Below, one piece after another: positions 54,438 through 64,000 of a DNA stretch of 64,000 nucleotides. A program made the translations under genes and the position numbers. The notes under the pieces are model-generated. The model was not told the origin of the DNA and did no database searches. It saw only the letters and a list, made by a program, of their open reading frames with translations. Every line of letters starts with the position of its first letter. The first letter of the stretch is position 1. The DNA is from the human T2T-CHM13v2.0 reference genome, Homo sapiens. The stretch lies in assembly GCF_009914755.1 (NCBI RefSeq), contig NC_060943.1. One strand, given 5' to 3'.

Positions 54438-54810
54438 TTCATTAGTCCGTTTTCATGCTGCTATTAAAAACTGCCTGAGACTGGGTAATTTATAAAGGAA
54501 AGAGGTTTAATGACTCACAGTTCAGCATGGTTAGGGAGGCCTCAGGAAACTTACAATCATGGCAGAAGGCAAAGGGGAAGCAAGACACCTCCTTCACAAG
54601 GCAGCAGGAAGAAGTGCAGAGCCCAAGAGGAAGAGCGCCTTATAAAACCATCAGATCTCGTGAGAACTCACTCACTATCACGAGAACAGCATGGGGAAGC
54701 TGCCCTCATGATTCAATTACCTCCACCTGGTCTCTCCTGTGACACATGGGGATATAAGGATTATAATTCAAGATGAGACTTGGGTGGGGACACAAATCCT
54801 AACCATATCA
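54438..54810 (-). mobile_element. THE1D/MSTA-like MaLR solo LTR
   Basis: ATTAGTCCGTTTTCATGCTGCT...AACCATATCA; imperfect TSD AGAGC/AGTGC. Confidence 0.9.
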
Positions 54811-57089
54811 AGTGCTCTGTGGTCCCAGATAAGCCAAGAAACCTTCGTGGAGGAGGCCACCCCCACCCTTGGCCTCCAGACCCAGTGGGATGCCTAGGTA
54901 AGGATGGAAGTGTCCCTTAAGAGGGCTGGCATGGATGTCACATGTTCCATGGCACACCTTGAGGGTAGGCAGCCTTGAGCAGTGGGCGGGGAGCTGGGCC
55001 TGCAGGGACACAGAGCCCTGAGGTCTTGTCCTTGGACCCCTGATCTGGGATCCTCAGGGGCTCTGGGAGAAAGCCCCTGTCCCCTGCTGGTGCTGGTGGT
55101 GTGGTACAGATAACCTGGAAACCCTAAAAGAAGCAGGGATGGAGGGAAGGTTGCTGAGAGGTGGTCAGAGAAGCTGTTATGCAGACTGGGGGCCAGGGAG
55201 GTACAAGGGGAGTCCAGATGGGGGCTGTGGGAGGGACAGACAGACAGCAGACTGGGTCACCCCCAGGCTCCCCTTCTGGGCCCCCCAGGAAACGAATAGG
55301 TCCAGCCCAAAAGGGGCTCTGGGAAGACTGCTCCCAGCACCTCTGTGCTGCCAGCCCTAAAGGCACCCACCCGACCCCCACACACGCTGAATCTCCACTC
55401 CTTGTTTGCAGGAGGAAACTGAGGCCCAGGAGCCTGGAGATGTGTCTGCTCCAGGTCACACTGTGGGCTGTAGGGGTCCGGAACCCAGACATGTGGACTG
55501 CGCCAGGCTCTAGCCAATGACTCCTCCAAACCACTGCACCTCCCCAGCCCTCCAGAGTTCTCATCTGAAAAACGGGGCATCAGGTCTGAAGGTCTTCAAT
55601 GCCCCTTCTGGCTGGGATATCAGAGTTTTGGGACCTCTCTCTCCAGGTCCTCATGAGTCCAGCAGGAGCTCTGGCAGGTCCAGGGTCCCCTCCTTCCCTC
55701 TGCTGCCACTGCTCAGCACCCAACCCTTTTTAAAATTAGCTCTGTGAGTTACAGAAGTAATCCCTGCTTTCTTGTTAACATGTTTCAAACAGCACAGAAG
55801 GGTTCAAGGTGGAAGCTGAAGGTACTCCCCAGTCTCCCCCACAACCCCCAGCCCACCTCTGCTAGGTCCCACATGGCCTTTGGGAAACATATGCATTGTT
55901 CCCTCTTCCCATAGAAGCCAGAAGGGAAGTCTGGAATCAGTGAGCCAGGTACAGCTCTGGGCCCAGGCCCAGAGATCCCACACTCATGCCAGCCCCTACC
56001 CATGCCAGCCCCCTCCCTGTGCCAGCCACCGCCCCTCCATCTATGCAGGCCCCCTACCACCAAGCCCATCGATAGGGGCTCATTATTCCGTCCTGTCTCC
56101 CTAGGATGGGGCAGAGTGACAGCTGTTCCGTGTTTAATTACCGATGGGCTGAGGCTATGCCAACCCATGAATAAAATTACAGTTGTTCTGCAATGCAAAT
56201 ATTGCGGGCCTCCGTCTGAGGGTGCGTGCGGGGCTGATCTTCATTGGCTGACTTTTTTAATGAAAAAAGTTTTATTACATTTTAAAGAACATTCATAATG
56301 ATGAAATTCACACACCTCAAGATTTATACAGCACTGCAAACAAGTGGCAGGAGAAAGGGAGTTATTTATAACTTCAAATAGGCTTCTATCCTCTGGTTGC
56401 ATTGTTGTAGGGTGCAGAGCATTTTTAGCTGATAATTGCTTTAATGGTAAATGAGAAACTTAGAACCAAATATCGGAAGTGCCTAAACAAGGAGAAGCCT
56501 CAGCTAAGATGGGGGCGAGTTGACCTTATGGGTGGGGAGGGAGAAAAGGGAGCTCGCTCTCGCCAAGGCTCATGGGGTAAGAACACATGGCAGACGTTCA
56601 GCACTGGCAGAGGTTTGCCATCTGCGGGTGCCCACTGGGCACAGGTTCAGCTTATGGAGAATGAACTTGGAGACATGACATCCTCCTGTCGGAGCCGCAA
56701 CCGCAGGGCTTTCTCCTCCCATGGTCGCTGTGGGATTTCGTTCTGTGTGGTGTATCCATGCTTTGTGTGACTGGAAATCTCATCTGAGCACAGCTGGATA
56801 GGTGATAATGCAAACTTTCGATTCCATCATCTAAATCCATACCGATAGGAATACAGAACATCTGATTTGATTTCCCCTTGTACTAAGAAAACGGAGCTTC
56901 CCAGGGAAGGTGGGCATTTCCTGCTGAATGGGACTGGAGGTGGCATTTCCTTTGCTAAGCCTTCCCTGCAGATCCTTCCCTCTGGGGACGCAGCTGAGCT
57001 CAAGAACAGTATAGCTGAGAGAAGCTTCTCCAGCTGGCCCTGGTCCCCATCTCTAAACAGAACAGAACCTGCTTCAACTTAGCACCGTC

Positions 57090-57600
57090 AACACATTCAT
57101 TCGTTCATTCATTTTGCCGACATGTGTTTGTTGAAAGCTTACTACAAGCCAGGCTCCTGGCACGTTCGGATGAGGAGGATGTAGTCTGTGGCCTCCAAAA
57201 GCAACTGAACAGGCAAGACCTATTCGCAGAGACAACTGAGCCTCACTAAACATCAGTGTGACAAGGACAGTAATGGAGGTATAAATGCCCAGGGACAGGG
57301 ACAGCAGAGAAGAGGGCCTGGCTGTGTCTGGGGGTGGAGAGGTCAGAGAAGGGGCCATGCAAGCCAGCCTTGAAGGATGTAGAGGAGTTTGGAGTGGGCA
57401 CATGCTTGGCAGGGCAGCAGAGTGACCATCAAAGGCACCCTCCAGCTTGAGGTCTGTGGGAGGGAGGGGGACTTTGAGTGTCTGGAGCACGGGGTGGCGT
57501 CTATGTTGGGGTGCAATTGGGATGTGGTGGAGTGTCAGGCGGAGGAGCCTGACCTTCTTCCTGGGGCATCTCTGCTGCTTGGAGCTGGGGTTCAGGGGCT
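57090..57600 (-). mobile_element. L2 relic. Other L2 3' pieces at ~12730-12835 and 19860-20080
   Basis: cattcattcgttcattcatt...gttgaaagcttactacaagccagg L2 3'-end motif. Confidence 0.7.
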
Positions 57601-57861
57601 CTGGAGGCCGCACGGAATGCTTATAGATGGTGGGGGCAGGGAGGGCGTTTGGGATAGGGATTGGGCCAGCCAGTAGGCACATGAGACAGTTAGAAGGAGA
57701 AATCAGTGACTCCTGCTTCCCTTCTCTTGGAGGTCAGCCAAGCCTGGGTGTCTCCTGTTCATTCAGCAAAAGACCTCATCCCGGAACAAGCGTGCAAAAG
57801 GAGACAGGGCAGGATTCCAAACCAGCTGCAAGGCTCCCTCTCGGTGTCCTTCCCCACTTCG

Positions 57862-59146
57862 GCATGTCTGTGCGTGCATGCTGGCTTCTGTGCATGCATG
57901 CTGGCTTCTGTGCATGGGTTTACATGTATGTATGTCTCTGTATATGTTTGTGTGTGTGTACTTAGTGTGCGCTTTCATGTGTGTTCATGCCTGTGCGTGC
58001 ATGCTGGCTTCTGTGCATGGATTTACATGTGTGTATATCTCTGTATATGTTTGTGTACTTCAGTGTGTGTGTGCCTGTGCATGCTTGTGTCTGTGCTGAG
58101 TGTACATGTGTCTGTTTATGTTTGTGTATGTGCAGATATGTGTGATGTGCTCATATCTGTGTGAGCGTGTGTACATGTCCATGTATGTATGTCAAGCACA
58201 AGGGTGTGTGCTTGTGTGAATGTGCACTGATGTATGTGTTTAAGGATTTGTGTGTGTTTGTGTTTATGGATGTTTGTGTGTGTGTGAGGGTGCATGCTTA
58301 TTAGGGGATCTGTGCCTAGACCAGATACCTGGGTTTTTTTTGTTTTATTGTTTTGTTTTTGAGATACAGTCTCACTATTGTCACCCAGGCTGGAGTTCAA
58401 TGGTGCAATCATGGCTCACTGCAGTCTCTAACTCCTGGGCTCAAGCGATCCTCCCACCTCAGCCTCCTGAGTAGCTGAGACTACAGACGTGAACTACCAT
58501 ATCTGGCTAATTTTTAAACTTTTCATAGAGAAAGGGGTCTCATTATGTTGCCCAGGCTGGTCTCAAACTCCTGGCCTCAAGCAATCCTCCCACCTCGGCC
58601 TCCCAAAGTGCTGGAATTACATACAGGAGTGAGCCACTGCACCCAGCCCAGACACTGAGATTTTTAAAATTAGTCTGACACTCTGGAACCCACACAGCCT
58701 GACACCACCACTGGAGATTCTAAAGTGAATCCCGTACAAGCCACGCACACAGCCCCTGCCCTTGGGTGGCTCGGGTCCCTGAGGTCTCCTTGGTGAGGGG
58801 AAGAAAACGGAAGCCTAAATAACAGCAGCTGCCTTATGGAGCAGCCCAGGCCAGGCTCAGGGGGTGTGGGGGTAAGAGGATGTCTAAGGACAGCCAGGCT
58901 GGTCCTCTGCTCACCCGGAGCCAGAAGTGAGGTAGTGCCAGCCAGGCCCGGGGCAGCCTCAGGGGCCCCGAAGATGGGAAGGGTGCCCAGATGCCCGTGG
59001 TATCTGGGAGTGCACATGAGTGTGTGTGTACATATATGTGAGTGTGCAGGTGTGTATATCTGTGTCAGTGTGAATAAACACATCTGTGTGTGTATTTGTG
59101 TGCAGATAGGTATGTTGGTGTCTGTATATGTGCACATGTGACTGTG
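57862..59146. repeat. TG-rich low-complexity tracts (57862-58295, 59008-59146) flanking an AluJ (-, 58334-58648)
   Basis: Direct reading; repeated GCATGCTGGCTTCTGTGCATG unit. Confidence 0.9.
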
Positions 59147-59396
59147 TTTCCTGACCCAGGAACAACTATCTCTTGACCAAAGTTAACCAAAGTCTCATAG
59201 AAGAGGTGGGGATGGGGCAGGGAGGACAAGGCAGACATCCCACTCCTGTCCTTCCCCACAGTAGCCCTCTGACCTGCCAGCGTCAGAGCCATTAGGAAAC
59301 AAGCCATCCTAATGGCTCGAGACAGTGGCCAGTGGGCATCGCGTATACTCCAGGGCACTCTGTGGGACGGGAGTTCATTGTTGGCACTGGAGGCCT

Positions 59397-59710
59397 GTTT
59401 TATTTTTTCTTTTCTTTTTTTTTTTTGAAACAGGGTCTCGCTATGTTGCCCAAGCTGGGGTGCTGTGGCACGATCATGGCTTACTGCAGTCTTGACCTCC
59501 CAGGCTGAAGAAATCCTCCCACCTTAGCCTCCCTGGTACCTGGGACTACAGGTGCACGTGCCACCATGCCCAGCTAATTTTTATATTTTTTTAAGAGATG
59601 GGGTTTTGCCATGTTGCCCAAGCTAGTCTTCGGCTTCTGGGCTCAAGCAATCCAACTGTCTCAGCCTCCCAAAGTGCAGAGATTACAAGTGTGAGCTGCC
59701 AAGTCCAGCC
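59397..59710 (-). mobile_element. AluJ
   Basis: Alu consensus. Confidence 0.92.
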
Positions 59711-60009
59711 CTGTTCCCTTCTTAATGGCTTACTTGGGGTTTCAATGATGACAGGGTCATTACTGGGTTTCAGGAACCTTCCTTAAGCAGCTGAAAGAAT
59801 CCGTTGAGCTCTGCTTCCTCTTCCCTCTTCCAGGCTGAAGGAGCTGGAGGGGCCTGGGGCCTCCTTTGGGGAGGCCAGGAGGATTTGGTGATTAAGTGAA
59901 TGGAATATGCCCATTGTGGTAAAAATAGCAGAGCTGCGGTTGGTGGAGGCACAGAAGCCCGGCCGAAGGGACCAAGGGGTGTTCGGGAGGGAGGAAGTCC
60001 AGTTCTGAT

Positions 60010-61290
60010 GATTTATTAAGGTGTACAAAAGAACCTTCAGAAAAAAGACCCAGAGATGCAGGAAATGTTGTCCATTTTTCTGCTTAGGTTCAACGACATA
60101 TGGACAGCCATGTCGAAACAGATTGGACAATAAGGGCTGATAGACTGAATGGCAAAACCCAGCCAGGCCTGTCTATCTAGATTCTTCTTGGCCTCTCTAA
60201 GCAGCGTTCCTTTCTTCTGGGTAGGCGGCAAGGCCCCTTCTGGAATGGCGGGGGTAGGGGGGGTGGTCTCGTGACTTACAGTCAAACAAGGTAGGTCAGA
60301 GATTGTGCAGGTTTGTTACACAGGTATACATGTGCCATGGTGGTTTGCTGCACTTATCAACCTGTCATCTAGGTTTTAAGCCCTGCTTGCATTAGGTATT
60401 TGTCCTAATGCTCTCTCCCTCCCCTTGCCCCCCAACCCCTAGACAGGACCTGGTGTGTGTTGTTCCCCTCCCTGTGTCTATGTGTTCTCGTTGTGCAGCT
60501 CCCACTTACGAGTGAGAACATGCGGTGTTTGGTTTTCTGTTCCTGTGTTAGTTTGCTGAGGATGATGGTTTCCAGCTTCATCCATGTCCCTGCAAAGGAC
60601 ATAAACTCATTCTTTTTTATGGCTGCATCGTATTCCATGGTGTATATGTGCCACATTTTCTTTATCCAGCCTATCATTGATGGGCATTTGGGTTGGTTCC
60701 ACGTCTTTGCTATTGTAAATAGTGCTGCAAAAAACATATGTTGTGCATATGTCTTTATAATAGAATGATTTATAATCCTTTGGATATATACCCATTAATG
60801 GAATTGCTGGATCAAATGGTATTTCTTGTTCTAGATCCTTGAGAAATTGTCACACTGTCTTCCACTATGGTTGAACTAATTTACACTCCCACCGACAATG
60901 TAAAAGCATTCCTGTTTCTCCACAGTCTCACCAGAATCTATTGTTTCCTGACTTTTTAATAATCACCATTCTGACTGGCGGTTTTGATTTGCATCTCTGT
61001 AATGATCGGCTAACAAACATATGAAAAAAAGCTCATGATCACTGATCATTAGAGAATTTCTTTATGGCCAGTTTTTACACAGAAAGGCAGAGGGAAAGTT
61101 AGAGTTATATTTTTAGGTTTTATGGCTGGCTTTGGGGGAAGAGCTTCAGATTCTATGACCAGCCTTGGGGAAGAGGGATTCTAGTTTTTATGGTTAGCCT
61201 CAGGCAAGAATGGGACTGAGAGACAGGAGGGCAGGAGAAGGTCAGAGAAAAACTTTTGTTTTGGAGGCTGTTTCTGGGGCCCTCATTTTG
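60010..61290 (-). mobile_element. MER39-like ERV1 LTR split by an L1 insertion
   Basis: Minus strand CCAAAATGAGGGCCCCAGAAACAGCC...CTCTGACCTTCTCCTGCCCTCCTGTCTCTCAGTCCCATTC. The halves rejoin as GGTAGGTCAGAGA|ATTTCTTTATGGCC. Confidence 0.8.
60303..61056 (-). mobile_element. L1PA 3' fragment (ORF2 C-terminus plus 3'UTR) with a short inverted segment at 61008-61056
   Basis: ORF 60405..60737(-) FTIAKTWNQPKCPS...WIKKMWHIYTMEY...WMKLETIILSKL is the L1 ORF2p C-terminus. Confidence 0.95.
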
Positions 61291-61914
61291 GACCGCAGCA
61301 ATAGCTGGGCCAGAGGGAGAGTGGCGGGGGCTCAGTGGTCGGACTCAGAGCTGGCTTGTCCACCTGCAGAGCTCTTCTCCCCATAGATGCCCCCTACCCA
61401 GGAGGGCGTTGTGAGTCCATTTCACAGGCCAGGAAACTGAAACTCAGAGAGGTTGTGCAGCTGCCTGTGGCCACTCAGCAGGCAAAGCCAGAGCTGTTGC
61501 TTGCACCAAGGCCACCTAAGCCCAAGGTGCCGCCTGCCCCATGCAGCTCTCCTCTCCTGCCACTCAGCAGGGAACTCCAGAGTCCAGAGATGGGGACCAT
61601 CCCTGGGGCAGGCACTGGGCAGCCGCGATGCTGGAAAATGCTCAAGGTTTCCTTTCATCACAGCCCAGGCCACAGCGCCTCATTTGCCAATTGTGTTCTG
61701 AGAAAACAGCAACGATAGAAAGGCACCAGTGAGGAGGCGGCTGGAGCTCTGGGCTGTGAGGCTGCGTTTCAGGATTGAGAGGCTGCGCTGGGAAGAAGGG
61801 CCTGCCTTGGGGGCTGAAGGCAAATCCTAACTCCTACTGCATGTGATATAAAGGGTTACAAAATTAAGTATAAATGCATCTCTCTAAAGTCACTTTTCTT
61901 TCTGTGTGTGTATA

Positions 61915-62525
61915 TACGAATATTTGTATTTATTTATTATTCCTAAAAAATAATTGTATTTACTGTTGTTTATTGTGTTGTATTTATTATTCCTTGCGTT
62001 TTATTGTATTGCATTTTATTATTTATCTATTGTGTTTATTATCTATTGTATTTATTATTGTATCTATTATATTTATTATTCCTGAAAGTTTGTACTTATT
62101 ATTTATATATTGTATTTATTGTTTATTATTGTATTTAGTATTTATTATTGCATTATATTTATTATTATTTATTGTATTTATTATTTCTAAAGAGTTTTTA
62201 GGAAACTCTGTATTTATTATTCCTAAGATAAAGTTTATTGTATTTATTATTCCTAAATATTTATACATTTATAATATTTATATATTATATATTCACATAT
62301 TTGTAATATTTATGTTAGTTACATTACATATAATATTTATATTATATATTACGTATGTATAATATGTATATTATATATTTACATATTTATAATATGTATA
62401 TTATATATTTACATATTTATACAATTTATATATTATGTATTTATATATTGTATATTTATATATTTATAATATGTAAATATTTTTATATTATATTTAGGAA
62501 CAATAACATTGCACTTATTATTCCT
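61915..62525. repeat. AT-rich low-complexity tract (TTTATTGTA / TATTTATTATTCCT units grading into TA-rich)
   Basis: Direct reading of the sequence. Confidence 0.95.
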
Positions 62526-62803
62526 GAAAAAGTCTGGGGCAAGATTAATTTGATAGGATAAACACAAGTACTACAATGCTGTTTTTTTGGCACCCCAGAA
62601 CTGGTAGGCTGATCCACCAATATTCTTTAGTCAAAGTTCTTAGGGCCTTGAACTGGAGGTAAGAGGATAAGCCCAACCTTAAGTCTCTTGTATTTTAGAG
62701 CTTGCCATATATATTGCTGTGAATACGCAATATGATTTAACCATAGCATAGCAATTTAACCAAGGAGGTTGAGTTGTAGCAGGAATAAGAGTAATAACTT
62801 TTG

Positions 62804-63110
62804 GGCCAAGCACGGTGGTTCACGCCTGTAATCCCAGCACTTTGGGAGGCCAAGGCGGGCAGATCACGAGGTCAGGAGTTCGAGAACAGCCTGGCCAACA
62901 TGGCAAAACCCCATCTCTACTAAACATACAAAAATTCGCCGGGTATGGTGGTGGGTGTCTATAATCCCAGCTACTCAGGAGGCTGAGGCAAGAGAATCGC
63001 TTGAACCCTGGAGGCGGAGGTTGCGGTGAGCCGAGATTGTACCATTGCACTCTAGCCTGGGTGACAAGAGCAAGACTGTCTCAAAAAGAAAGAAAGGAAA
63101 AAAAAAAAGA
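62804..63110 (+). mobile_element. Alu (AluS)
   Basis: Full dimer; TSD AAGA(G/A)TAATAACTTTT. Confidence 0.95.
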
Positions 63111-64000
63111 ATAATAACTTTTGGTAGAGTAAATAATGCCTAAACCTCACTTATTGATCTCCTCCATGGGTCAGGCACCCCAAGGCCCTCACAAGTCTTG
63201 GTTGTCTTAATTAATTTAAGCCACAGAACTTGAGGTTGGCCCTGTGATCTTCTCCATGTTTAGAAGAAGCAGCTGAGCTTTCTCTCCAAATTCCCTAGAG
63301 ACATGCCATCACCCTTACATGCATACGAAATACTTTTGTCCCTTATGAAAATTTCACTAGGAAAAATTACTCACTACGTTCCTTAGTCATAGATGTGTAT
63401 GTAAAATGCATTTGCGGGGCCAGTGGTAACTGACATAGCCTGTAACTTACCAGGTGTGAGATGTATAAATGAAGATGGCCATTGTCTGAAGTGAGAAGAA
63501 TGGGATAAAAAAAAGAAAACAAAAATCGGAGAAGTCCTACTGAAACTCAGTGAAAGCGTCAGCTACATTTTGCAAACTTCAAGGAGTTTCTGTCAGGTGC
63601 TAGGCTGCTGAGACCAGAGTGAATTTTTGGCTTAAAGCAGACATACAGCCCTCTCTCCAGGGGAGGCAGCATGGTGTGGGAAAGAAAGTCAAGGACATGC
63701 TAGTGGAAAGTCATGTCCTCCTCTCCAGGGTGAGCATGCAGGGGCGGCAGCCGTTGGGGAGATGAGGCCAGTGCCTGCCTTGTCTTAAGGGCCTGCAGAC
63801 ACCCCAGCTTCAGATACATGGGCACAGTCTTGGCTGCACCTAGAAGCCCTGGGATGCTGACGTGAGCATTTCCTGGGATGGAGGAACTCCTTCTTGAACC
63901 CCCTCAAACTTGCAGAGGTGGGCTAGACATGAGTAGGCTGCTCATGAGCACCTTTTGTGTCCGGGAACCAGCAGTCATGAGGATGCTTTGTTGACCGTGA

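Noticed and set aside
60405-60737. 110-aa ORF with real protein similarity
   Set aside because: L1 ORF2p C-terminal remnant, not a host gene.
61874-62561. Hydrophobic Ile/Tyr/Leu-rich, membrane-protein-like ORFs
   Set aside because: Translation of the AT-rich simple repeat.

Overview
Primate (human-like) genomic DNA, dense in Alu, LTR, L1, MIR and L2 repeats. The only protein-coding gene I can support is the 5' end of PEPD (prolidase, Xaa-Pro dipeptidase) on the minus strand: exon 1 CDS 20499-20515, exon 2 11312-11495 and exon 3 9747-9874, encoding residues 1-110 with canonical GT-AG junctions. Exon 4 onward lies left of the window. A CpG-island promoter sits at about 20.1-20.8 kb, and 20.8-64 kb is upstream intergenic sequence. 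Nearly all ORFs in the track are spurious (Alu-derived, low-complexity or GC-rich chance ORFs); the exceptions are the PEPD exon 2 read-through and an L1 ORF2 C-terminal remnant. I see no clearly new multi-gene system. The best leads are: (i) a non-repeat 45-bp-arm hairpin at 44855-44959; (ii) a TSD-flanked ~68-bp mini-retrocopy of a polyadenylated 3' end, nested with an AluY-like copy in a MER41-like LTR; (iii) a sense-oriented solo LTR just downstream of exon 3 with inverted octamers, a TCF/SOX-OCT composite and a poly(A) signal; (iv) an in-frame cryptic 3' splice site before exon 3; (v) six AT-rich, homeodomain/POU/SOX-motif-dense islands that look like developmental enhancers; (vi) a tail-less, inverted L1 piece splitting a MER39-like LTR. 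Repeat subfamily names are from memory of consensus sequences, and repeat boundaries are approximate unless TSDs are quoted.
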